The notes below the pieces were generated by a model that saw only the letters and a program-made list of their open reading frames with translations, had not been told where the DNA came from and searched no databases. A stretch of 60,721 nt of DNA from a virus (Duplodnaviria > Caudoviricetes): IMG/VR virus record IMGVR_UViG_3300032307_000402, positions 1-60,721 of that record; one strand, given 5' to 3'. A program made the translations under genes and the position numbers. Shown piece by piece: positions 19,866 through 31,600 of this stretch. Position 1 is the stretch's first letter; every line of letters begins with the position of its first letter.

Positions 19866-20602
19866 TATGAATCTACTCCTGTACCCACATATATTGTATC
19901 ATCAAAGGGTATTCCGTTTTTTAAAATTTGGACCTCTACTTGTTGGTTTAAGTTAAGATTTTTAAACTCTAAAACAACAGACCCAAAAGTCTGGCTTTGA
20001 GTGTCTAAATCATTATAAATATTAGGAGATGAGTCATTTCCATCAATCTCCACAACGGTAGTGGACAACACCACGTTAAAGTTTTTAAAATAGTTTTTAA
20101 TCGTATCTGGCATTGATAAAATATTATCTGAGTTATACTGAAGCGATATATCACCAATATTTCTAATTGGATGATAGGCCACAGGTCTTCCGTTTAACAT
20201 GTCGTGTCTAGAAACTATTAATAATTCCTGACCACCAATATCTTCAAATAAAAGATCCTGCATTAATTCTATTGGAATTGTGCCTGAGTCAAACTCAATA
20301 ATGTCTGGGGTTGCCACTTTAACTGCTACTGATGGCACAGATGAAGCCACTACAGAGCTTGATTGACCAGACGATGCTGGCTGAGACCCTACCTGCGGAA
20401 CAGCTGGCTCAGAAGCTGGGGCAACTCCAGAAGTTGGGTATATCCATCCGCCCACAGACGCATACTTTCCGCTATCTTCTACACTTGGCTTAAAGCCACC
20501 ACGATCATCGTCCCAGGTCCAGCCAGTGGTAACTGGCTTAGACATTGGCTTAAATCCACCACGATCATCATCCCAAACATATGAAGTTTTATCGTATTCC
20601 AT
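19865..20602 (-). CDS. Putative minor tail protein with an N-terminal WDDDRGGFKP repeat
   Basis: ORF track; probable start at ATG 20602 after GAGGT. Confidence 0.55.
   Translation of the reverse strand: MEYDKTSYVWDDDRGGFKPMSKPVTTGWTWDDDRGGFKPSVEDSGKYASVGGWIYPTSGVAPASEPAVPQVGSQPASSGQSSSVVASSVPSVAVKVATPDIIEFDSGTIPIELMQDLLFEDIGGQELLIVSRHDMLNGRPVAYHPIRNIGDISLQYNSDNILSMPDTIKNYFKNFNVVLSTTVVEIDGNDSSPNIYNDLDTQSQTFGSVVLEFKNLNLNQQVEVQILKNGIPFDDTIYVGTGVDS
20487..20575. repeat. Two-copy ~29-bp direct repeat encoding WDDDRGGFKP
   Basis: ggcttaaagccaccacgatcatcgtccca and ggcttaaatccaccacgatcatcatccca, 60 bp apart. Confidence 0.85.
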
Positions 20603-20603
20603 A

Positions 20604-23600
20604 CTATACCTCACTCATATAAACATTCATTTCTGGACCTGCTGAAGACCTAGAATACTCAATATTATATACCACGAATCTGCTAGACCTTGGTGCAATT
20701 TGATCAATATCGTCAACTTGGTAATCAATTTCCACAATGTCCCCAAGCTGAATAGTTGGAGTAGCAAAAAGCCTTACGCCAACAGATAAAGATGGCTTCA
20801 TAATTTTTGTAGTAAGCCAGCCCATCAGCTCATATGCTGCATCCTTGCTTTGGATATAATCAGTTGCCAAAGAAAATTCATTTGTGCCATAAGACATCCT
20901 GCTTGCCTTTATATCTTGATAATTTTCTTTTATCTTAATTAATGATCCTACTGACCCAGACTCTCCAATTTCAGGATTTGAAAAGTCACTCTTCTTATCA
21001 TAGTATTCGTCTACGGTAAGGTCATGTTGAGAATTTTGTGTAAAAGTAATGCCCTGAATTCTTAAGTAGTTACCTGTTTTTTCGTCAAATCTTAAGGTAG
21101 TATTAGATGCATTAAAAACTAAGAATTCTGCACCATAAGATCCACCATAGTATCCAGACACTGTATATCCTCTTAGCCTAGTAAAAGTTGGCGAAATCTT
21201 AGAGTAAAGAGCTGGGTAAGCCTTATCATATTTAATATTAAAATATGCTGCTTCACGCATAATAGTTCCAAACTCATCAAAGTAGATGTTGTACTGTGGC
21301 ACGGTTAACGAGCTAATCCCAGATAAAAATGTAGACTGGACAATGCCACTAAGGGCGTACTTAGTAAACGAATCATTGATAGTAACATCCTTTTTAGAAA
21401 ATATTGGACTAACTGTGCCAATCACTGTTCCAGAATTACTACTGTAATTGTCTCCTATGGCATACACATTCTCAAACATACATTTTGAAGAGCCACGCAC
21501 AAACATTGCCATGCTGTCATATTCTGGCAATGGAGCAGTGTCTGTAACTGTGGCTATTTGTGTATCGTTAAGATATAAATAAAACTTTCTTGATGATCCA
21601 GTGTTTTCATAGTCAACACCCAAGTCGTATACTGTTTGATACTCTTGTGCGAACACTCTTTCTTGTCCAGCAAAATTTCCACTATCCACTGCTATGTTAG
21701 TTAAGCCACTCCATAATTTAACTGGAATAGCCTTTCCAGATGCATCGCTTTGTACTTTATAAAAAACAACATTTGCAAGATTAGACTGAGTGCCATCTGT
21801 GTCCCCATCAGTGTCATATTGACTAATGTTTGCTGCATCTAATGCAATAATTTCATAGTAATATCCAACGTTAGTATTTTTATTAAGTAGGACTGCAATA
21901 CCGCCAGAACCTCCAGAAACCAATCCACCAAATTGAGGATCTGAAGCTTCTGCTTTATAATATGTCATTGCACCAGATGCTGCCTGGGTCATAACAACAT
22001 CATTTAAAACTTTTCCAATAATTCTCATCCTAGTTCCAAAATGCTTATACTTTTTGGTAGATGAGTTGACTGTCTTATAAACATATGATATAAAATCAAT
22101 TGGAGAGTCATTTGTTTCAAAACTTGGACCCTCAAAAACTAATGCTGAAGACTGAACGGTTTGAGATTCAATAGATGACTTCGTGTTTTGAGGTAATTCT
22201 GTGGCATATGAGGAACTTAAATAGTTTTTAATTAGATCTGTTCTGATAGACTTTTTTGCCTTATCGTTGCTTACTCCAGCTGCATTTATTGATAAGGTTG
22301 GGAGCGTGTCGTTACTGCCAAACAAATAAGATGATTGCATGAGGCAGCCACGAACATTATCATTATTTTTCCAATAAGAATCTAGGCCAGCAGTATGATT
22401 TGTAATCTGAGTTCCAAACTGCCCTCTTCCATGCTTTGCAACTGCTCCATTTACAATACGGCTTATACCCTGAACAGTTTCATAGTTGGGTTCTGAATAG
22501 ATCCTTACTCTACCAGTTGGATACATTTTGCCATTGAATGGAATTTTTGAAAAATAATACTGATAGTCCTGAACACTTGTAATCCATACTGGTCGTCCTT
22601 GGCCTGTAATGCTATATTCAATTGCATCAAATTTTATAATTTCAGCATTCGCATAAAAGTATCCGTTGTATCTTCCCATCCAGTAAACAGCTTCGCCAAA
22701 ATCAATTATGTTGTTTACAATATTATGATTTACAACTGTTGGTATCGCATTAGAAAGGTCTGAATTTAATGGAATAGCTGTTAGTGCAAAAGCCTCTGAT
22801 GTTGATGTTTGTTCGTTTACTGACTTTGTTGAATCAGAGGCTGATACCTCCCAAAGTAGCACTGGCTTATATATCCAAGTCTTACCACGATCATTTAAGT
22901 AAGCCTGCTTAATTGTGGCCTGGCTTTTTTGAATATACCTAGTGCTATAAGAAATTTGTCCATCATTAAAAATATTTTTTTCTTTTGAATTAATACTAAT
23001 AATATTAGACAAATATGGCTTGTCTGTTAAATTCTTAACAATACCTGAAGATGACGAGTCAACGGATCCAGAAAAAACAATGTCAGTTTCTCTTTCATCA
23101 GAAGACGGCATGAGGTAATTTTTGGTCATGCACACAAAATTATTATACTCATCAAAGAACATGGCTGTCTGTGTTGATACTGCTAACTTTTGTAATACCT
23201 GTGCAATTGATTCGTCTGGTCCAACATAAAAGTAAGGAATAATCGTGTCTTGTTCGTCTGGCAAACGCTTAAAAATATAATTTGAAAATCCAATATTGTC
23301 TAGCAAGACAGAAACGGCATATGACAGCGAAACGTCTGGAATAAGGATTTGTGGTGCTGTGACAGATTCAAAATGAAAGAACATGTCTCTTAGCTCAATA
23401 TTTACAGTTCTATCTAATGAGGATAGCTCTGGAAATTTTTCGGCATACATTGTTTTAATTGGAATATAAAAATTAATGCCATCAACATCAACTACAATTT
23501 CATAAAACTTGATTTGTAGATTTTTCCCAAGATAGTCAGCTATGACACTATTAAAATTGTTTGGATTAAAGGCATCATTATAGTCAAAAATTCCTATAGA

Positions 23601-24905
23601 ACCTACTGATGCAAGAAGTTGGCCTACTGGCAAGCCAGCAATTCCTAGGTCAGACATTGGCTTAGTGATATTAAAAGAAACTACAATATCAGATATGTCT
23701 GCTACCAATCTTGGAGAAATTTCAATTAGATCAAATGTAGAGCCTATCTTATTCATTGACTCTACTACAACCCTAATTCCAGAAATATACTGAAACTCTC
23801 TAAATACAGGTACATTATTTGCTGTATCTAAAAATTGTGACGGATTCCCCAAATCATTTAAGAATGGCGTTGTATTTTTAACTGATGGATCTAGCAAAAA
23901 CCAATCATATTTTGGTTGAAATGTTGTATAACCATTTCTTTTCCAAATATAATAAGTGCCAAGACTATTAGCTCCATTTTTTACCAAGAAGGCATTTCCA
24001 TCTTGCGATTCTACTGGAAGTAAATTTATGGAAGATATCTCTCCATTATCAATAAATATTTCCTGAAATTCTTCTGGAACAATTAATCCATAGGCTAATT
24101 CTACATATCCATCATTACCAATGATAGCTGATCCATCTGGTCTAACAGATGATGGGTCAAAGACCTTAGCATCTACCCAGGTATTATTTAAAAGATACTG
24201 AATCTTCCAACCAGTTGGAGTTGTCTTGTTGTTGTCTCCATAAAGTGGATCATCTATATTTCCAGACAATGTGCCAGATTCGCCAGTAGTGATATCTCCA
24301 ACATTTGTTTGCATCTTAACAACAATCCTATTGGCTGGGACTGGCTCTTTATAAACTACAAATGGTACGGCATCATTGATGTAATTTTGGGACTGATATG
24401 GGATGTTTGCTATTCCATACTCTATACCGTTTTCAGTTCTATACGATGACCAATACTTAAACTTATCATCTTTACTGGCAACGTAATATCTTGGCCTACT
24501 AGCCATGTCTGGATTAGAGTGATGCACAAATGGGGTTACGCCATAGCGAACCTTGTTAATGCCAGAACGAGGCCTAAACCTTCCAAAACAATCCTCTAAA
24601 GAATAGAATAGCTTTTCTTTTTCTTTATTGGTTTTAAATGGAATTAGCTGATTGTCTGAGTCAAAGCCACCGTCTACAATAACATCTGCATCCGTAGCAT
24701 CAGTATAGAATCTACCAGCATCTTGAATATCAAAGCTATCAACTAATGATGAATAAATACCAGTATCAAATCTTCTATACCTATAGTTTCCAATTTTTGC
24801 AATGTTTTCTGGAAAGTTCATGTTCCATTCCGCAATAATTGCAGACTGTGTTTTAATTGTTGGAGAAGTGGCTAGATGATTATTTAATGATTCTTCAATA
24901 AACAT
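20604..24905 (-). CDS. Large minor tail / tail-tip hub protein
   Basis: 1433 aa, second gene after the tape measure; FFDEYNNFV and IQLGDIVEI hub-like motifs. Confidence 0.7.
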   Translation of the reverse strand: MFIEESLNNHLATSPTIKTQSAIIAEWNMNFPENIAKIGNYRYRRFDTGIYSSLVDSFDIQDAGRFYTDATDADVIVDGGFDSDNQLIPFKTNKEKEKLFYSLEDCFGRFRPRSGINKVRYGVTPFVHHSNPDMASRPRYYVASKDDKFKYWSSYRTENGIEYGIANIPYQSQNYINDAVPFVVYKEPVPANRIVVKMQTNVGDITTGESGTLSGNIDDPLYGDNNKTTPTGWKIQYLLNNTWVDAKVFDPSSVRPDGSAIIGNDGYVELAYGLIVPEEFQEIFIDNGEISSINLLPVESQDGNAFLVKNGANSLGTYYIWKRNGYTTFQPKYDWFLLDPSVKNTTPFLNDLGNPSQFLDTANNVPVFREFQYISGIRVVVESMNKIGSTFDLIEISPRLVADISDIVVSFNITKPMSDLGIAGLPVGQLLASVGSIGIFDYNDAFNPNNFNSVIADYLGKNLQIKFYEIVVDVDGINFYIPIKTMYAEKFPELSSLDRTVNIELRDMFFHFESVTAPQILIPDVSLSYAVSVLLDNIGFSNYIFKRLPDEQDTIIPYFYVGPDESIAQVLQKLAVSTQTAMFFDEYNNFVCMTKNYLMPSSDERETDIVFSGSVDSSSSGIVKNLTDKPYLSNIISINSKEKNIFNDGQISYSTRYIQKSQATIKQAYLNDRGKTWIYKPVLLWEVSASDSTKSVNEQTSTSEAFALTAIPLNSDLSNAIPTVVNHNIVNNIIDFGEAVYWMGRYNGYFYANAEIIKFDAIEYSITGQGRPVWITSVQDYQYYFSKIPFNGKMYPTGRVRIYSEPNYETVQGISRIVNGAVAKHGRGQFGTQITNHTAGLDSYWKNNDNVRGCLMQSSYLFGSNDTLPTLSINAAGVSNDKAKKSIRTDLIKNYLSSSYATELPQNTKSSIESQTVQSSALVFEGPSFETNDSPIDFISYVYKTVNSSTKKYKHFGTRMRIIGKVLNDVVMTQAASGAMTYYKAEASDPQFGGLVSGGSGGIAVLLNKNTNVGYYYEIIALDAANISQYDTDGDTDGTQSNLANVVFYKVQSDASGKAIPVKLWSGLTNIAVDSGNFAGQERVFAQEYQTVYDLGVDYENTGSSRKFYLYLNDTQIATVTDTAPLPEYDSMAMFVRGSSKCMFENVYAIGDNYSSNSGTVIGTVSPIFSKKDVTINDSFTKYALSGIVQSTFLSGISSLTVPQYNIYFDEFGTIMREAAYFNIKYDKAYPALYSKISPTFTRLRGYTVSGYYGGSYGAEFLVFNASNTTLRFDEKTGNYLRIQGITFTQNSQHDLTVDEYYDKKSDFSNPEIGESGSVGSLIKIKENYQDIKASRMSYGTNEFSLATDYIQSKDAAYELMGWLTTKIMKPSLSVGVRLFATPTIQLGDIVEIDYQVDDIDQIAPRSSRFVVYNIEYSRSSAGPEMNVYMSEV

Positions 24906-25616
24906 TTATACCTCTTCTAGCGATACTGATATATTCCAGAAATCGTGGTTTAGTCCTCCACGCTTTACAATGGAATAGCTAAAATCTGAAATATACATTT
25001 GTACAATTTCGTTATACTGATTTATTTTAGAGTATTTTTCAGGGTCATTAGATGCATAGTTTATATATTTATCATATGCAAGGTATACCCAAAATGGTCC
25101 TTGGTGATTTTGATACCATTGCAATAAATCATTTCCACCTGCACCACCATCAACGGTAAACTGCTGATCATCTATATATGGAGAACCAGACAAGTTTGCA
25201 TTTCTGTTTGGAGTATCCTCATCTGAGTCATGGTCTACTGAGGTAGTAAAGTCAGTTGGAAGTCCAGAAACGTCAAATCCAGGGAACTTGCTGTATGATC
25301 TTGATGGAAGCAAATCCCAAGATATATTCATTGTAAGCTTATCTGCAATGTGGTGGGAACGCATTCTGCCATTAATCATACGCTCACGCTTTTCTAGCCT
25401 TACTGGCCTTATGTCAATTGGCGACCTGTTATGATCAGATAAAATAATAAATTGATCAATAAGCAGTGGGTCAGTATTTGTTGGTACGATAGCTCCAACC
25501 TCATATCCATCTGGAATGTATAGACCTCCAGTAGAAGTTCCAGGGTTATCAGCCCATAGCATACCCTGAGGCCTGGCGAACTTCTTTCTTCCAGTCATAT
25601 AGTTATTGGTAGCCAT
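24906..25616 (-). CDS. Distal tail (Dit-like) protein
   Basis: Directly after the tape measure; RMINGRMR motif and SVSLEEV C-terminus. Confidence 0.65.
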   Translation of the reverse strand: MATNNYMTGRKKFARPQGMLWADNPGTSTGGLYIPDGYEVGAIVPTNTDPLLIDQFIILSDHNRSPIDIRPVRLEKRERMINGRMRSHHIADKLTMNISWDLLPSRSYSKFPGFDVSGLPTDFTTSVDHDSDEDTPNRNANLSGSPYIDDQQFTVDGGAGGNDLLQWYQNHQGPFWVYLAYDKYINYASNDPEKYSKINQYNEIVQMYISDFSYSIVKRGGLNHDFWNISVSLEEV

Positions 25617-28600
25617 TAGAACCTATTACCCCTAATTCTTTGTGAATCTACCTGCTTAATCTGAGTCATAACTGCTCTAGCAATTTGATCTGGATTAGCA
25701 TTAGATTGAACATTTACATTTATCTTATAATTATACATGGAATCGCCAACTGATGCACCAGAATTGATTGCTTTTAGTCTGTCTGCACCAAAATTCTTAA
25801 CTGCTGGACGACTAACCACAAACTCTCCAGGCGTTAGCATTGCTGGAACAATGTCAGTTCCTAATGAACTAAATAGTCCGCCATTAGCCATGTACTTGAC
25901 CATACCGCCACCAGCAAGCTTATTGACTCCACTAGCCTTTAAAATACCAGCTAATGTAGTGGTGTTTACTGTTCCTGGCTTTGTGGCCTTTATGGATCCT
26001 GCAAGATTTGCAAATCTATTTGTTTCTCCAGCTGATGAAGATGAGGTTCCAGTTAATGATCCTGCCTTTAAATTGTTGGCAATTGTAGTAGCAGCCTTTG
26101 CAACTGTGGAATTAATCTTTTTCTCTGCAGTGTCTGCTGTTGTGGTTAGTCTTCCATTTGAGTCAAGAACTCCAGCTGCTTTCGCTAGAATAGTGCTTGC
26201 TGCTACAGCTGTGTTCTTGTTGTTTAGAGCAGCTTTTGCATCCATGATTTGCTGATCAGAGGTCCTTGGCCTTGTCACGGAATCTCCAGATGTCGTATCT
26301 GGTATGCCACCATTTCCACCGTTGCCACCGCCAGAGCCACCTGAACCACCAGAACCCTCTTCTACTGTTTTCTTTATAACAGTAAGAATAGCAGTCTTAT
26401 CTTTAATGTCTTCCCAGTTTTGAAGCATGTCTGCAATAACCTTGGCCTGGTCTTTCATTGCCTGCATTTCTTCTGGAGTTAGCTTAAGCTTTGCTAGGTT
26501 TACTTTGTTCTGAAGAATATCCCATTCACGAATTTGTGCTTCAATAGCTTGGACTGCTTCACGCTTAGTGATTTCTTGTAGACGGACTCTTTCACGAGCT
26601 GGCTCCAAGCTCTTTTCTTCAATTTCAAAAATTTGCTGCTTAAGTTTTTTAACTTCAGCCTCAATTTGCTCTCTTGACTTTCCGCTAGCAGATCGTACTC
26701 CACGAAGATCAGTCTGACGTGCTCTGTCTAGGGCCTCTCTTTGTGAATCAATGGCATCCTGTCTATTCTGAGCTTCTAGTTCTTGAGCTGCTCTTGCTGC
26801 AGCAGCAATATCACCTTGAGCCAAAGCATCTGCAACATTAAGCTGACCCTTTTGCTGTCTAGCAATTTTATCGTTTACCTTAGCAACTGACTCTAATGCC
26901 TTCTGTCTAGCATCATATTGCTTGTTAATTTTTTCTTCTTGGTTTTCAATACCAACAAGCTCTGCCTCATAGTCATCAATTACATATTGGATTCCTGCTA
27001 TTTGATCTTCTGCTTTTTCTATAATATCCTGATCAGCAGCGGTAGCCACTTCAAAGTCTAGCTCTACCTTAACCCTTTGTTCGTTTAGATATTCTACAGC
27101 TTTGTCAAATAGCTTCTGGAACTCTTGTGCTGCACCTTCTTTAGTCTTAAGGTTAAGCTCAACTGTGAGACCATCTTGCTTTTTAATTTCTTGCAAATAC
27201 TCTAGAGTTTCTTTTGCATTAATCTTTCCATCTTTCATTAAATCTTTATAAATTAGATTCAATGCTGTTGGGTCTGCAATAATTTCCTGAATTTGCTCAT
27301 ATGTATAACCAAGGTTGTCTAGTCCCTTTGTTACAACATTCTGCTTACGTAGGATTGCAGTTTCATCCTTGGTGCCACGCAATAGCTCCTTAATGGCCTT
27401 CTTTTCTGCAAGAATGTTAGTCTGCTTAAGCAACGATACAAGCTTCTCCCAGCCCTTAGTTCCCACCTTGGTAGCTGCCAAGGCTGCAGCGGTAGCTGGG
27501 TCTTGAACTGCCTCAAAAGCTTGTGTAGCACTCATGCCATCTTTTGTCAACTTCCTGTATGCTACAGACATGTCAATAAGCTGCTTACGCTGATTTTGTA
27601 AGCCTTCTACCCCTTCTTGGAACGGTGACTTTTTACCACCGCCACCACCAGACGTAACAGGCGATGTCTTAGTCAAGTTTATAAGTTCTTTGTACTTGTC
27701 AATTACTTCTTGCTGGGCTGTAGCATTAACTGCTGTAGAGTATGCTACCATAAAGTTAGCATCCCTAACTGCCATCAATGCGTCTACTGTGCTCCAACCC
27801 TTGTCAATTAAATCATTATAGGCATCTGTTTGCTGATTTAATGCGTCAATGTCTGCTTGAATTGCACCAGTTGCACCTGTAAATTCAGCAGCAAGTTCGT
27901 CCTGCTTATTCTTTTCTTTTTGTCTAGCTACAAGATCTGCAGTAGCCTTAGCCCCAGTCTTAATGACAGTATTAAGCTTTTCTTGAGCCTTCTTATATGC
28001 ATTGACCTTTGTTGGATCAGAGCTGTCCTGTCCTTCCTTAATAGCCTTAGCAAGATTTGCAACCTCTGTTGGGTCTAATCCAGTAGCTGCTGCCTGAAGC
28101 AACATGAAGGCATCCTCTGTATCCTTAATTCCTTCTATAGCTTCTGTAGCACCTATCTTTTCAGCTAGGTTTGGCAATACCAACTTTTGTCCAGCTTCTC
28201 CCAATGATGACCAAAGAGTTCCCAACTCAGACATTTGAGTATTAAAGTCATCAACTGTTATTGTTCCCTCAAGCAACTTAGCATTAATTGCAGTTAGATC
28301 AGAAGCAAATGCAGATCCGACAATTGCTGCATTTTCTTTGTTTGTCTGAGTATTGCCCATTTGCATACCCCTGCCAACATTTTGTGTGCTTGCAGCAAAC
28401 TCAGCATTGAAAAGTTCTGCAGCTTGAGATGCAGCTGTCTTTACTGTTGTTCCAGCAAAGTTAATCTTTGAGAATGATAGGTCAAGTTCTTTCTGTCCAG
28501 CAGCATCTGTAATTGCCTTAATTATTGCCTGCACTGCTTCAGTTGGTGCACCAGATGCAGCAAGCTGCTGTGCTAATGAGTAAAGAATTGCCTGAGCCTG

Positions 28601-31600
28601 AGCTGGAGTTGCTGCCTTTACTGCATCTATTTCTGTCTGCCACTGATTTGCAAATTCTTCACTAGCACCAAGCTCTGCTGCCTGAGCTGCTATCTCTGGA
28701 GATGCAGAGGCTTTGCCCTGGAATGCTTGTGGCAAAGAGCTAGCCTTTGCAGTAAATCCAAACATTTCTCCAGCTGCCTTAAGCTTTTCTCCACTAATAA
28801 AGGCAGCATTTCCAAGACCCTCAATCTTTTTCCTTTGCTGTTCAGCTATGTTTGCAACGAATGCAAAAGCACTAAGTGCAGTTACGGCAATTCCAATAAC
28901 TGGAATAAATCTAGCAAGATTAGGAAGAACTGCTGTTAGGATTGTTCCAAGATTTCCAAATAGATTAGCAATCTTTCCTCCAGGACCCTTCAATAGTCCA
29001 CCAAAACCACCCATTCCTGCAATTGCAGATGTGGCAGCTTCTTTCATTTTTGCAGTAATGAGAAGTTGTGTTGCAGTAATCAAACCAAATAAAGTTCCGC
29101 TAACTTGGAACAGAACATTTCCAACTTCTCCAACTGTACCACCAAACATAGTCAGAATGCCAGCTACTGCTGAAATACCAAATGTAACTCCCTGCACTTT
29201 TGAAGAAAATTTAGACATTGAGTCTACAACCATTTGCGTTGAACGGCCCACTGCTTTTGCTCTAGACTCTTCTTGCTTAGCAAACTTTTCAGCAGAGAAA
29301 ACGTTGCCAGACTTTGGATCCTTTACGAACTTTCCACTTTCTGATCCAACAGTAACTGTACCGCCAGAAGCTGCCCTTCTTGAGGTCTTTTTAAATGAAC
29401 TATCATATGCCTTTGCATCATCAGCACCGTCTTTAGCTGCTAGTGGATGTGGGCTATTCCTATCACGTGTGGCTACATAGGCATCCTCTGTCTTTTTCTT
29501 AAACTCTTCAGTATAAATTTTTGCTGCCTTGTCTGCACTAGCCTTAGTGGCAGCAGGGCTTACAAGATCTACATTAGCTGCATTACGACTTGTTAAAACA
29601 CCTTGAGGATACTTTGCTGCCTGTTTTGCTGATGCCTCTGTTAACTTAGCAGTTGCAGCAGCAAGAAGGGCTGGGTCTGCTGTTAGCATACCTCCACGCA
29701 TTGGAAGAGATGGGCCTCCAAGCCTCTTTTCATTAAGGTGTGCAAATGAACTTGCTCCTTGTGCTGAAAGTCTTGCTACATCTTGTGGGAACATTAACTG
29801 AGCAGCTTTTGTTGCAGCATCTCTACCTTTAGTTCCTGTCATTCTAAAGACAGTCTCTGTCATAGCTCCTGTAACTGGATTTGCCTTAATAGCTCTAGCT
29901 CTAGTTTCTGAAAGCTTGCTTGCTAGCATACTCTCTCTTGTTGGATCAAGCATTTCTCTCTGTACAGTTTGTGCTACCTTTGCTGCCCTGTCACTCTTAG
30001 CAGTCATAGCATCAAACTTTTGTTCTAGCTCTTTTTTAGCATTAGCTGTAATATCGTCAAACGAATCAATGTTTTTTCCAGCTTTTCTTAAACTTTCTTC
30101 AGACTTTCTTAGGATATCTACAATATCTTTAAGATCCTGCTCAGTTTCTTCAAAATAAGCATTTAATCCAGCAAGATTCATCTGTTCGCCAGATTTTGCA
30201 TTTGCCCTAAATGCAGCACCAATTGCACCTGCTGAGAACATCTTGGTGAAATCTTCACTTTCAAAAAACGCCTGTGTCATGCCAAGCTTAGAGCCAGCAG
30301 TATTGCCAGGAGCAAAAGGAACTCCGCCACCAGATAAGATTGTTGTTGAGCCACCATAGAGTGACTTTTTGTCAGACTGCTTTCCTCTTTGGTACCCAGG
30401 GATGTTGTCTGCAATCATTCCATTGATTAGACCGCCATACTTTTTGACCATATCTCCAGGAATTACTGCTTCTCCTGGCTCAAGCATTGCAGGAACTTTG
30501 TCACCCTTGCCAGATCCTGGTACCATTACGATACCGCCATCCTTCATCTTTCTTGGACTTCCTCCAAGAGTGGATGGAATAGCAGATACCCTTAGACCAG
30601 CTAGTGATGCAATATTTCTCTTATATGCTGCTGTCAAAGCGTCTACTGCTGCTGCCTCAGTAGTGAATCGTTGTGTAAGTGCACTGTGAACTTGATCTAG
30701 AGATGCTGCAACTGCGGATGCCTCAAGTTGCTCTTGTGTCATGTACTGGATCTGTTCGCCAAGCACTGTAGTCTGGCCACCTAGACCCAAGAATCTTTCT
30801 CTTAGGAATGCAAAGCCTTTTAGTGCATTGGCAACACCGTTTGCCAATAGACCAAAGGTCATAATAAGGATTGGACCTAGTCCAGCTAGTACTGCTATTG
30901 ATCCTACAACAAACTGACGAACGCCAGCATCCATACTATTGAATGCCTCTAAAACATTATTAGCAAATTCAACTAGTGGAATAATAACCTTTAGAAAGTC
31001 TTCTCCAATTGGTGCTAGAGCTGCTTGTAATTCAGCAACTACCTTTTGGAACTTGTAGCTTGTAGATTCTTCTAGTCTTCCAAGTTCCCTACTTGATAAC
31101 TGAGCTAATTCTTGAGTTGTTGCGTTAGCAAGCTCTAAAACTCTTTGTGCCTGAGTGCCCTCAGAAACTACGTTTTGGAACAAGGTAGATAGACGTGCAA
31201 ACTGGAACTTTCCAAACAACTGCTCAATAGCACGAGCACGAGTTGTTGGATCTAGCGTATCTAATGCTCTAGCAAAATCTATTACTAATCCAGAAACATT
31301 GCCCTTGTTAGCTTCAACAATACCCTTGATGTTGATGCCAAACCCCATAAGCATGTCTGATGCTTTTTCTGTTGGGTTAATCAAAGATGCAAGACCAGAC
31401 TTTAGAGCGTTAGCACCTTCAGATGCGTTAATTCCACCTTCCTTCATGGCTGTCAGGAAGAAGGCGAGATCTTCTACGTCTCCACCTAGCTGCTTTACAA
31501 CTGGACCAGCTTTTGGAATAGCAATGGTTAGGTCTTCAATAGACGTTACTGTCTGGTTTTCTACTGCGTTAAGGAAGTCAATTTTATTGGCTAAGTCTTC

